Shown: positions 1 through 9,196, counted from the stretch's first letter. The stretch is 64,000 nt of DNA from Mediterraneibacter gnavus (GCA_963617265.1 CAVEOB010000002.1:5215-69214); one strand, 5' to 3'. Numbers and translations are program-made. Notes: generated from the sequence alone by a model not told the origin.

Positions 1-369
1 ATCGGCGGAGCTGCTGCGTCTGCCGCAACTTCTATCGGCAAAGGTGCAGCCAAAATCGGCGGCAAAGTTGTTTCTTCGGCTGCCGGATATGCTGCGGACA
101 AAACCGGTATTACAAATTTAGCCAACAAAGCCGGCAATGCCATTTCCGGAGCAGCGCTAGCTGCAGCTTCTAAAGGCGGCAAAGCCATTGGTTTAGGTCG
201 ATTCCAGCCGAAAGCACAGCGCGGTATGCCGCCACAACAGACTAAGTCTGACGGCAAAGATACAACTCCTAAGCCAACGCCAGCTTCGCCGTCCGACAAA
301 GACGCAGAAACTCCAAAGGTAGAAAATACCGAACAGCCGGAAGAAAATAAGGATAAACCGATTTCTTAA
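1..369 (+). CDS. 3' fragment of a putative VirB6/TrbL-like membrane protein (start lies upstream of the window)
   Basis: Frame 1 is open from base 1 to TAA at 367-369. It is absent from the ORF track because no start codon lies in the window. The tail IGKGAAKIGGKVVSSAAGY...KGGKAIGLGRF, followed by a Pro/Thr/Glu/Lys-rich end, resembles the Gly/Ala/Lys-rich tails after the membrane cores of the downstream VirB6-like ORFs. Confidence 0.4.
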   Translation: MGGAAASAATSIGKGAAKIGGKVVSSAAGYAADKTGITNLANKAGNAISGAALAAASKGGKAIGLGRFQPKAQRGMPPQQTKSDGKDTTPKPTPASPSDKDAETPKVENTEQPEENKDKPIS

Positions 370-478
370 TTGGCGGAACAGCGGGTAAAAATGCAAATCT
401 TAATCATATTGTAACACATTTTGCATAAAAATTATGATATAGTGGTAAAGTAAGGTATAACGGAAAAGGACTATAAAT

Positions 479-1861
479 ATGAAAGCACCAAAGCTGCATA
501 ATATCTTAAAGGTATTGTTTATTGCCTTTTCCCTGCTGTTTTTGCTGACAGCCTGCAGCACCGAAGAAGGCGGAAACGGTGTTGGACAGGAAGATCAACG
601 CAAAGCGGCAGAAATGCAGAGCACTTGCTGGCAAACCGGCTTTCTGAAACTTTTTTACAAAAATATCGGCACTCAAACCCTGAATGTTTACAGCAACCTG
701 ACTAAAGAAAATCTGCTCAATATTGTTTTGCTGGGTTTCACTATTTGGATGGCGTATCAAATTCTGCGCCACATCAGCACGCCTACTCCCGAATCTTTGG
801 GCGAATTTTGGACCAAGATTGTCCGCAAAGCCTTTTTATGTGCGTTTTGCGGTATTTTAGCCTCTTCTACCGAGCAAATTTACTACGTGATAAATAACTT
901 TATATTTCCTATATACATCACCATTTTAGAGTTTACGTCCGAAATTATGCAAAGGCTGGCAAAAGACCCCGATGCACAAGTAAAGTTCGTTGCTTTGACA
1001 TCAACATTCAGCGATGATAAAGCAGAAGGAATTATGTGCGAAGATTACGGCAACGCCAACTGGGGACAAAGCGGCTGCAAGTTCAACCCTAAAAGCATGA
1101 CGGACTTTTCGGCAAAATCTTTTCCGGAAGAACCGCTTAATATGCTGAGCTGCATGGCATGCGCCGTCAGCGCTAGACTTTCTATCGGCTATGACATTGC
1201 CATACGCTTAATGAAGATTGTCAGCCTGACCAGTTTTATCTGCGGCTGTTTCTTAATTGTTTGGTTCACCATTGCCAAGCTCTGTTTTGTGCTCTATTTA
1301 GCCGACAGTATTTTCCGTTTGAATATGATAATGATTATTTTGCCGTTCCTGATAATGGCATATCCGTTTGAACAAATCCGCAAATGGAGCGTGACCGGTT
1401 TCAAAATAATTCTCAATTCTTCGGCTATTATGTTTTGTTTGGGCATCATTGTTTCCATGACCATTCTCGCCATGCAGAAATTATTGACGCAGGACGGTAT
1501 CGGACTGGCGGAACAAAGCAAATATGAAAATTTCGGCACCACCGCCATGGCGCTTATCTTTATGGGCTTTTTAATTGTCAAGGCAACCGGTATGTCTGTG
1601 GAGCTTTCCAACAAAATCACCGGAGGCGGCGGCAAAGCCGGCATGCAGCGCAAAATTCAGCAGCTAGTTGCTATGGCGGCAAAATGGGGATTTCACATTG
1701 TTTCCGGCGGCGCAGGCAAAATTGCCACTTCCGTCATAGACCATGTGGAATCTTTGCGTAAAGCCCGCGCCAAGGTACAAAAAGCAACAGCAAAAATCAA
1801 AGCTGTTCAGCAAAAAATGGATAAGTTAAGGGGGATAAACCGCAATGAAAAAGATAGTTAG
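479..1861 (+). CDS. VirB6/TrbL-like polytopic membrane lipoprotein (paralogue)
   Basis: 460 aa with a lipobox (LLLTA-C) and many hydrophobic helices. Motif A (LGFTIWMAYQILRHISTPTPESLGEFW) and motif B (ILPFLIMAYPFEQIRKW) are shared with the next ORFs and resemble the VirB6 core as I remember it. The tail is Gly/Lys-rich (GGGGKAGMQRK). The family call is made by eye, not by HMM. Confidence 0.6.
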   Translation: MKAPKLHNILKVLFIAFSLLFLLTACSTEEGGNGVGQEDQRKAAEMQSTCWQTGFLKLFYKNIGTQTLNVYSNLTKENLLNIVLLGFTIWMAYQILRHISTPTPESLGEFWTKIVRKAFLCAFCGILASSTEQIYYVINNFIFPIYITILEFTSEIMQRLAKDPDAQVKFVALTSTFSDDKAEGIMCEDYGNANWGQSGCKFNPKSMTDFSAKSFPEEPLNMLSCMACAVSARLSIGYDIAIRLMKIVSLTSFICGCFLIVWFTIAKLCFVLYLADSIFRLNMIMIILPFLIMAYPFEQIRKWSVTGFKIILNSSAIMFCLGIIVSMTILAMQKLLTQDGIGLAEQSKYENFGTTAMALIFMGFLIVKATGMSVELSNKITGGGGKAGMQRKIQQLVAMAAKWGFHIVSGGAGKIATSVIDHVESLRKARAKVQKATAKIKAVQQKMDKLRGINRNEKDS

Positions 1862-2387
1862 TCTCTCTAAAAGTTTTTTATATTTGCTTATTTTTACGCT
1901 GTGCTTCAGCTTTGCCGGCGCAAGTTTAAGCTATGCCGATGATGTAGAAAAAACTGCCGACAATAAAGAAGTTGCGGGAACTTGCACCAAAGCAGCCATG
2001 GATTCGATGTATAATGCCAAAGATGCGCAAAACTGCTGGTATTGCCGCATTGTTACTTTGATGACCGATGCTTTTTTGCAGGCAGCAGAAAGTTCAATTC
2101 CCACCACGCAGAGTTTAGGCAAGATCATTCTCAAATGGGGCTTTTTAATTTGGCTGGGAATTTTTCTTTTGCAGCAACTTAGTTCCATGGGCGGAATAAC
2201 CCCCGGAAAAATGCTGCAAGAAATTTTTATGATGGGATTTAAGTGTGCGTTTGCCTATTACGCGCTGGAAATGGGCACAGATTTTATCACCAACTACATT
2301 TTGAACCCGATTGTTTCAACCGGTACCGGAATTGGCAAATCAATTTTAACGGAAATGTTGGCGCAAAACGGAGCGGTAAGTGGTTAA
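1845..2387 (+). CDS. N-terminal half of a VirB6/TrbL-like core (possible gene fission product)
   Basis: 180 aa with a signal peptide (..LSYA-DD). It contains only motif A (WGFLIWLGIFLLQQLSSMGGITPGKML), preceded by a CWYC motif as in 4776-8024 (CTTC). It overlaps the upstream ORF by 17 nt and ends 14 nt before the next start. Confidence 0.55.
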   Translation: MKKIVSLSKSFLYLLIFTLCFSFAGASLSYADDVEKTADNKEVAGTCTKAAMDSMYNAKDAQNCWYCRIVTLMTDAFLQAAESSIPTTQSLGKIILKWGFLIWLGIFLLQQLSSMGGITPGKMLQEIFMMGFKCAFAYYALEMGTDFITNYILNPIVSTGTGIGKSILTEMLAQNGAVSG

Positions 2388-2400
2388 AAAGGCGGTTATC

Positions 2401-4755
2401 ATGAAAAAGTTTAAGAAATACATACTTATAACCATCGCAAGTTTGCTGCTTTGCACAAGCACTGCTTTTACTTTGTCCTATGAAGAAGCGTATTTAACCG
2501 CCACCTTGTTCGGCGAAGCTGGCGGCGAAGGTGTCACCGGCATGCAAACCGTTGCCAGCGTGATTATGAACCGCCGCAACTATTATCAGGCTCACGCTAA
2601 AGGCGGACAAACGGTAAAACTATCTGACGTCTGCTTGGCAAGATACCAATTTTCATTTTGGAATGATAAAAGAAACTGGACTGTTCAAAACATAGAAAGC
2701 TGGGCAAGCAAACTAAACAGCGCTAATGCTCGGGCTTGGAACAAATGCTTGGAAATAGCGCGGCAAGCCATTGCCGGAAGCCTGAAAGATGTTACCAACG
2801 GCGCCACTTTTTATTATGCAACCTGGATGGATAAAAAAGGTAAAGCTCCGGCTTGGGCAAGAGGCAGAAACTATAAAGTTGTCGGAAACCATAAAATTGT
2901 CTACGGTGTTGGTTTAAGCGCGCTTAAAACCTGGCATAGCGGCACTTCCCTTGCTGGCGGCGGAGGCGGCAGCAGCTGGAACGGCACTCTTAGCGGAGGC
3001 GGAACTGGCGGCTCCAGCAACTATGATTTAGCCAACGATCCGGAAAATGAGTATGTTTTACCGCCTGAGTGCAAAGGCGCTGCGGAGAAAAACGGGCAAA
3101 TTGTCAACAATGAAATAATGAAACACCGCCTGTTTGCCGAAGATATTTTAATAGACCTAAAAGATATGATGGCGCTGATTTATCAGTCTCTTAGCGTGCT
3201 GTTTGCCCGCGGACACGCTTTGATGTGCTTTTCAACCAAAGTTTCGTTTATCTGTTTGGACGGCGGGGCTGGTCTTTCCGCCGCAATCAAATCATTAGTC
3301 AGCTGCACGGTAGTTGTACCGCTGCTTAACTACTTTATTTCCGGTCTCTTAATTTACCTCACCGGCTTCTTTATGTGCATGTCAATTGGTATGTATTTTA
3401 TAGACATTTCTTTCAAGCTTGGTTTTGCTACTTTGCTTTTACCGCTGTCTATTTCGCTTTGGCCGTTTCCGCCAACCCAAAGCAAATTGTCCGAAAACAT
3501 TGCTATTGTCATCTATAATGCTATGCTGTTTGCCTTTGTTTCAATCGGTACTGCCTATGCGGTAAAATTAGTTGACGCCAGCCTTGGCATGGTAAAAGAT
3601 GCTGAATTTTGGATGATTATGGGTGCGGCAGATAATGGTTTAGGCGACGGTTTGGCAAACACCTTCGCAACTTGGCAAACTCTTAACTCTAAAGACTATG
3701 CGGACAGCATGGAAAAATTCAGTGAATCCTACGATTTAAGCTCGGTTAACATTCTAATCATTCTGTTCGCGTTGATTTTTGGTTTCAAAATCTTATCGTC
3801 CAGCATTCAAAATTATCTTTCAACTTTCTTTGGCGACGGCGCGCTTGGCTCTGCCGACACCGCTATGCACCACCTCGGCACTCAAGCCGTCGGCAAAATA
3901 AAGCAAAGCATTGTAAATCCTACTGCGCGTGTTGCTAGAGATATTGCCTTAAATCAAGGCGGTAAAGGCATAGAAAAACTGGGAAACAAATTGGCTAACA
4001 AAAAATTTGGCGGTGCTGCTGCTCCTGCGCAAGGCGGAACCAATCCGCAACCTTCGCCTTCCGGCGGAGCGAACCCGTCTCCGGCAAGCAATGCCGACGA
4101 CGCTGCCGATAATAACGATACACCTGATAACACTAACGATACGCCGGATACCCCTATAAATAACGATTCGGATAACAGCGGTCAGCCGACAGCTGATAGC
4201 AGCGAAACTCCGCAAACAACAGATAGTGGCTCTCCGCAAACTACAGACAACGGAGCAACCAGCTCTGAAAATTCCAACACCAGAGGAGCACAGTCTGAAA
4301 ATACTCAATCTGCAGAATTACCGCAAACCAAATGGCAGCAATTCAAAAACTACTCCCGCCCTACCGGTCACAGCTTGACAATCGGCAACGCGTTTAAGGC
4401 TGTACACCACCCGCAGCAAGCCTACAGAACCCTTAAACAGCTGGCGCGGCAAGGCTCTCAAGATTGGAAAAATGCGGAAACTCTAAAGGATAAAGGTTCG
4501 CTGGTTTTGAAAAAGAGCGGTCAAGTGGTTATCCGCAGTATCCGCGGCAATGCTAACGAGGCTGCCAACGCCGGAATGGGCATAGCCGGAGGTTTTCTGC
4601 AAAGCCTTGGCAAGAGCATGCAAAAGAAACCACAGCACTACTATAGAGAACGCCAAAAACAGAAAAACAACCGCAGCTCTGACGACAGCGAATATCAACG
4701 CCAGCTAGATGCAGAATATCAAAGCGAGCAAGAAAGAAACAACAGTTCTAACTAA
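2401..4755 (+). CDS. SleB/CwlJ-type cell-wall hydrolase fused to the C-terminal half of a VirB6/TrbL-like core
   Basis: The ORF track starts at GTG 2380. I prefer ATG 2401 (MKKFKKYILITIASLLL signal peptide; AAGGCGG 6 nt upstream). The Hydrolase_2-like block (about nt 2479-2910) reads ATLFGEAGGEG..VASVIMNRRN..YQFSFWND..GATFYYATW. It is followed by a Gly-rich linker, then TM helices with motif B (LLLPLSISLWPFPPTQSK), then a Pro/Thr/Asp/Asn low-complexity tail. Confidence 0.65.
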   Translation: MKKFKKYILITIASLLLCTSTAFTLSYEEAYLTATLFGEAGGEGVTGMQTVASVIMNRRNYYQAHAKGGQTVKLSDVCLARYQFSFWNDKRNWTVQNIESWASKLNSANARAWNKCLEIARQAIAGSLKDVTNGATFYYATWMDKKGKAPAWARGRNYKVVGNHKIVYGVGLSALKTWHSGTSLAGGGGGSSWNGTLSGGGTGGSSNYDLANDPENEYVLPPECKGAAEKNGQIVNNEIMKHRLFAEDILIDLKDMMALIYQSLSVLFARGHALMCFSTKVSFICLDGGAGLSAAIKSLVSCTVVVPLLNYFISGLLIYLTGFFMCMSIGMYFIDISFKLGFATLLLPLSISLWPFPPTQSKLSENIAIVIYNAMLFAFVSIGTAYAVKLVDASLGMVKDAEFWMIMGAADNGLGDGLANTFATWQTLNSKDYADSMEKFSESYDLSSVNILIILFALIFGFKILSSSIQNYLSTFFGDGALGSADTAMHHLGTQAVGKIKQSIVNPTARVARDIALNQGGKGIEKLGNKLANKKFGGAAAPAQGGTNPQPSPSGGANPSPASNADDAADNNDTPDNTNDTPDTPINNDSDNSGQPTADSSETPQTTDSGSPQTTDNGATSSENSNTRGAQSENTQSAELPQTKWQQFKNYSRPTGHSLTIGNAFKAVHHPQQAYRTLKQLARQGSQDWKNAETLKDKGSLVLKKSGQVVIRSIRGNANEAANAGMGIAGGFLQSLGKSMQKKPQHYYRERQKQKNNRSSDDSEYQRQLDAEYQSEQERNNSSN

Positions 4756-4775
4756 TGGCAGAAAAAGAGGAATAA

Positions 4776-7700
4776 ATGAGAAAGCGGCAAACATTTTTAC
4801 AAAAACTTTCAACAAAACTGCTGATACTTTGTTTAAGTGCAGGCTGCTTTGCTTTGTCTGCTGCTCCGGCTTTTTCCAGCTGCAACGGCGTTACTCCTAA
4901 ATGCAGCGCCGCCACCAACAGTGAATCGCAGGGCGGCTGCTCGCCAAACAAAACTTCAAGCGGTTCCTTAGTCGGCAGCGCTTCTCAACAAGTTAAAGCA
5001 AAATGTGTTGCCGACAAAACCAGCGGCGGGTGTTTTAACTCCGTTCCGGTCAGCAGTGTTGGCTCATACAACCGCGAAGGCGCCCGCTCCTCCACTCGAA
5101 ACCACTACGGCAGCGATTTGGGCACTGGCAAAAAAACTAACGTGCTTGCCTATGCTGCAGCTGACGGCGTTGTTATGGGCTGTTCCATATCCACTGGCGG
5201 CGGACGTACCACCGTTATCCGCCACACCAAACACTGTGACGGCGCCAGCAAAAACGGACAATATTATTCCACCATTTACCGCCATTTATTCAAACAAACA
5301 AAATGTAGCGGCGAAGTAAAAAAAGACCAAGCGATTGGTATTGTCGGCGGTTCTAACGCTTCCAGCCGCTCCGGTCCGGTCTGCGATAACCCTCTTCAAG
5401 CTAAAAATTGTTCTCATTACTATGCAATCCACCTGCACTTTGAAGTTGTTAACAGCGCTATGTCTGCAAGTTCAACTTATGTGGGCGGCAGTCAAACCAT
5501 GCAAGCGTCTTGCGGTAACCTGCAAGCCCTTTGCGGCGGCTGTCCTACCAGCACAAAGTCTTGTTTGGGCGGCATGCAAAGCTTCAGTGACGGCAATTCG
5601 GCTTCCGGCAGCGAGGTTGACGATGCCAGTATGCCTGTTGGAGCAGGCGCTCCGAACGGTGAAGAATTTGTTGACGGCAGCGGCGAGTCTTCTTGCATAC
5701 TTTCCGATTATTTGGATAAGCAAACCTGCACCACCTGCGGTATTTTCAAAACCATTTTCAACGCCGCCAGCAACCTTGCGCAAACTGCTATCAGCAAATT
5801 AGCGGTTCCCAGCAAGAATCTTGTGCTTATCGGCTTTTTAATTTGGCTTGCCATTTATGTTTTGAAACAAATTTCCTCTTTCCAAGGCGCCTCCCCTGGG
5901 GATTTGCTGAAAGGCATATTCCTGCAGGGCGCCCGCGTCGCCATTGTTGTATATATTTTATCCGGCGCGCTTTATCAGGTAATGGACATAACTTTAACCC
6001 CTGTAATGCAAACTGGCTTAACCTTTGCCAACATGCTCAACCCTAACTCCAACTGCGACAGTTCCGCCGACTATATGGGTGGTATCGTCGGCTATGACAC
6101 CGACAAGGGCATGCAGGAAACTTCTCAAGGCGGCTTGCCTCGCAACCTTGGACAATCCATTATCTGCACCATCAAAAATTTGGAAGACAGCGTCGGCGTT
6201 CTCTTGGCACTCGGCAACTATTCCACCTGCTACGCTTTTCATGACAAGGCTTTATGGGACGGCGTTATCCCGCACCTAGGCTACTTCTTGTCCGGCATGG
6301 GATTATGGCTGGTCGGCGTCTTTTTGCTCTTTGCCTTTCCATGGTGCCTGATAGACTGCATTTTGCAGCTGTGCATTGCCGCGGCGATGATTCCATGTTC
6401 TATAGCCGCTTTTGCCTTTAAATCAACGGCTAAATACCTTGGCATTATCTGGAACTTCTTTATGAACGCCATGTTCAACCTGATATTCTTAGCCGTATTG
6501 ATGTTTATTTTAACCTCTATGTTCAAAGAATGGATAGGTCTGACCGATGAATCGCTTTCCACTTTTGACCCCGTATTGCTAATCACCGCCAAAGCAAACG
6601 GGCTTGCGTGGTGGGGTGTCGGATTTTTCAAAATCTTTGCCTTTGTCTTCTTGTTTGTATGCTTTATTGATGAAGTTCCGTCTATGGCAAGCAAATTTGC
6701 AACCGGAGCCGACTTTGGTCGCCAAGGCATCGGGCGTATGGTCGGTGGTGCGGTCGCTTCAGCCGCTAAGCCGATAGCCAAAGGCGCTGGTCACATGGCT
6801 AAAAGAGGCGCGCAATCTGTTGGTGAAGCCACAAACTCGCTTGCCGGCAACTGGGTTCGCAGCAAAAAGAACCAGCTGAAAGGCATGGCTTTAGTTGCTC
6901 TCGGCGGACGCAAACTCCGCGACGCCGATGGCAATGTGGTCGGCTATCAGGCTCGTTTCAAAGGTATCCCAGGGTTTACGCAAACCCGCACCGTTACCAA
7001 AGACGCTAACGGCGTGTGGACGCAAACCAAAGAAACGCATCAAAAAACTGTTGCCGATAAAGCCTTTAAGCCAATGACCGACGCTAACGGCGAAACTACA
7101 TTTGCTGTCAGAACCAGCGGCAAAAGCGCGTTTGCCCAATATGAGCAAATGACCAAATCCGTTCAGGAAGACGGCACCGTTAAATATACCTCAAAAGACG
7201 GCAGCAGCGTTTTAGTTACCGACCCAAACGGTAATATACTTAAATATAAGCGCGCTAAAGATACGGATATGGTAACTGAAAGCCACAAAGGCAGCGTGCA
7301 AACCACCAATGACGCCTTCATGAGCAAGCGCACCATGGTTGACGCCAATGGCAAAGTAATCGGCAGCGATGTGCAGTTCAAAAACGTAAGCTCAAAATAC
7401 TTAATTAACAAAGACGGTTCAACCAATATGCACGCCTATAATCAAATTATGAACGGCGTCAGCGCCGAAAATAAAACCGACGCTATGGCGGCAATGACGG
7501 CAATGCACATAAAAGCGCGCGGTCAAAACCTCGACAGCCGTTTCAAAGACCGTAAAGTTACAATGAATAAGGACGGCAGCGTTACTATTCATCAAGTCAA
7601 CAATGACGGCAGCAAGCAAGAAATACGCGCCTCTAGGGTCAACGGTCAAATGATTATAGAAAACAAAACCACTAGCAGCAACGGCAGCATCACCCTGCAA

Positions 7701-8024
7701 AAGAGCAACGGCATGCAAAACAAAACCACATCTTTTGCTAAACAGGCTGATGGAACTTTTATTAAAACCGTAAAATACAGCTTTACCGATGAAGTCCACA
7801 GCCGCAGCCGAATTTCTCAGCCTTTAGATGAAAACGGCGCTTGGGGCTATGGTGTGGACGCGCAAAAAGCCATGGCAGGCTTTAACTCTCAAGAGTTCCA
7901 AGAACACCTTGACCAGCTGCAAGATGAAAAACTGAAGAATGGTTTGCGCAAGACCGTACTTACGGCTGAAGAACTGAAAGATATGTTAGCAGGTAAAGAT
8001 GTTAAAGGCATAGCTTCTAAATAG
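4776..8024 (+). CDS. M23/LytM peptidase domain fused to a complete VirB6/TrbL-like core with a long C-terminal extension
   Basis: 1082 aa with an AGAGGA RBS and a signal peptide. The M23 motifs HYGSDLG (HxxxD) and HLHFEV (HxH) lie at about nt 5100-5450. Motif A is IGFLIWLAIYVLKQISSFQGASPGDLL and motif B is AAMIPCSIAAFAFKSTAKY, followed by several TM helices. The last 380 aa or so are hydrophilic with recurring D-x-(N/D)-G-x turns. Confidence 0.7.
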   Translation: MRKRQTFLQKLSTKLLILCLSAGCFALSAAPAFSSCNGVTPKCSAATNSESQGGCSPNKTSSGSLVGSASQQVKAKCVADKTSGGCFNSVPVSSVGSYNREGARSSTRNHYGSDLGTGKKTNVLAYAAADGVVMGCSISTGGGRTTVIRHTKHCDGASKNGQYYSTIYRHLFKQTKCSGEVKKDQAIGIVGGSNASSRSGPVCDNPLQAKNCSHYYAIHLHFEVVNSAMSASSTYVGGSQTMQASCGNLQALCGGCPTSTKSCLGGMQSFSDGNSASGSEVDDASMPVGAGAPNGEEFVDGSGESSCILSDYLDKQTCTTCGIFKTIFNAASNLAQTAISKLAVPSKNLVLIGFLIWLAIYVLKQISSFQGASPGDLLKGIFLQGARVAIVVYILSGALYQVMDITLTPVMQTGLTFANMLNPNSNCDSSADYMGGIVGYDTDKGMQETSQGGLPRNLGQSIICTIKNLEDSVGVLLALGNYSTCYAFHDKALWDGVIPHLGYFLSGMGLWLVGVFLLFAFPWCLIDCILQLCIAAAMIPCSIAAFAFKSTAKYLGIIWNFFMNAMFNLIFLAVLMFILTSMFKEWIGLTDESLSTFDPVLLITAKANGLAWWGVGFFKIFAFVFLFVCFIDEVPSMASKFATGADFGRQGIGRMVGGAVASAAKPIAKGAGHMAKRGAQSVGEATNSLAGNWVRSKKNQLKGMALVALGGRKLRDADGNVVGYQARFKGIPGFTQTRTVTKDANGVWTQTKETHQKTVADKAFKPMTDANGETTFAVRTSGKSAFAQYEQMTKSVQEDGTVKYTSKDGSSVLVTDPNGNILKYKRAKDTDMVTESHKGSVQTTNDAFMSKRTMVDANGKVIGSDVQFKNVSSKYLINKDGSTNMHAYNQIMNGVSAENKTDAMAAMTAMHIKARGQNLDSRFKDRKVTMNKDGSVTIHQVNNDGSKQEIRASRVNGQMIIENKTTSSNGSITLQKSNGMQNKTTSFAKQADGTFIKTVKYSFTDEVHSRSRISQPLDENGAWGYGVDAQKAMAGFNSQEFQEHLDQLQDEKLKNGLRKTVLTAEELKDMLAGKDVKGIASK

Positions 8025-8025
8025 T

Positions 8026-8087
8026 TTCGGCAAATATCGCTAAAAATTTTACAAAAATTTAGACATTTGCCGAAGTGTTTTTGTGTT
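8026..8087 (+). terminator. Putative rho-independent terminator closing the VirB6-like operon
   Basis: A 10-bp perfect inverted repeat, TTCGGCAAAT (8026-8035) / ATTTGCCGAA (8065-8074), is followed by the T-rich stretch gtgtttttgtgtt. The loop is long (about 29 nt) and internally A/T self-complementary. Confidence 0.45.
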
Positions 8088-8206
8088 ACCGAGACCAGCC
8101 AGAACAAGGTGTTTAACTTTGTTTTTCCAAAAGTGACTGTACATAACTATTTTTTTTGTCTTGCTTTTTTCAAACTTAACCATATTATGAGCAATAGCTA
8201 TTATTT

Positions 8207-9196
8207 ATGGAGAAAGATGATATGGAAGAAATTATTTTCCCTAATCAAATCAGAATGCACAGAAGATTGCGCGGTATGTCTATGCAGGAATTGGCTGATC
8301 ATTTGGGAGTCAGCTTGTCGGCGATTTCTAAAATTGAAAAAGGTTACCGCCGTCTCAATCAAGAACAGCTGATTCAGGTTGCCGAACTTATTGACTGTTC
8401 GCTGCAAGATTTATACGTTAATGAGCAAAATTCGCAGCAAGATGTTGTCCAAGCTTGGAAACGCGAACAGGAAAGACGCTGCAAAATCAACCAAAATGCC
8501 GGTTTGAAAACTTTGGGCGCAGGTTTGCGCCACATTCGCACCGACAAAGGCTTGACTTTAATTGAAGTTGCCGAAAGCGCCGATATGACTCTGTCGGTTT
8601 ATCACCGTATAGAAATGGGACAAAGAGAAGTTTCTGACAAAGAATATCAAAATATCGCCAAAGCTTTTTCTATGCCTCTCGACAAATTGAAAGCCGAAAT
8701 CAAAAAGCTGGAAAATGAAGGCGTTTTAGAAGATATTATCGAACACAATGAAACACGCTATAAACTTTTGAACAACTCTAGATATTCTAATGTTGCTGCG
8801 CAAACCGCCAATGACGATGAAACGGCTATGCTGCCTGTTTTTGGCACCAGCAACGCCGAAGGCAATATTGTCATTGACCGCGCCAACGCCGTAAAAGAAG
8901 TTGCTTGTCCGGTGCAGCTGCAAAACAAACCGGAAGCTTATGCCGTAAATTTGTGCACCCGCCGTTTGGGTTCGCTTTTGCCAAGCCGCGCTATTTTGTT
9001 TATAGATAAAACAGAAGTTGTCAGCGCTGGCGACATTGCCTTATATTACATCAGCGAAACCGAAGCTATGCTAATCAGCGTCCGCGAAGATGAAAACGGT
9101 CAGCTTTACGGCTTGCGTTGGAATCCTGATGAACGAACAAATTTCAGCAACAGCGATTTAACAAAAATTCATAAGGTTGTGGCTATCAACTTATAA
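8207..9196 (+). CDS. XRE-family regulator with two HTH domains and a degenerate S24/LexA-like C-terminal domain
   Basis: 329 aa. HTH 1 is IRMHRRLRGMSMQELADHLGVSLSAISKIEKG and HTH 2 is LRHIRTDKGLTLIEVAESADMTLSVYHRIEMG. The C-terminus (LPVFGTSNAEGN...GDIALYY...KIHKVVAINL) aligns by eye with the LexA/CI S24 domain, but the GDSM-type Ser position reads CTRRL. An alternative start at ATG 8222 lies 9 nt after GGAG. Confidence 0.7.
   Translation: MEKDDMEEIIFPNQIRMHRRLRGMSMQELADHLGVSLSAISKIEKGYRRLNQEQLIQVAELIDCSLQDLYVNEQNSQQDVVQAWKREQERRCKINQNAGLKTLGAGLRHIRTDKGLTLIEVAESADMTLSVYHRIEMGQREVSDKEYQNIAKAFSMPLDKLKAEIKKLENEGVLEDIIEHNETRYKLLNNSRYSNVAAQTANDDETAMLPVFGTSNAEGNIVIDRANAVKEVACPVQLQNKPEAYAVNLCTRRLGSLLPSRAILFIDKTEVVSAGDIALYYISETEAMLISVREDENGQLYGLRWNPDERTNFSNSDLTKIHKVVAINL

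Noticed and set aside
5005-6781. Alternative-frame and antisense ORFs inside 4776-8024 (5335-5802 plus, 5472-5783 minus, 6281-6781 minus, and others).
   Set aside because: They are embedded in a long ORF that carries clear M23 motifs and the VirB6-like motif blocks. Their translations are Ala/Pro/Arg-rich shadow frames.
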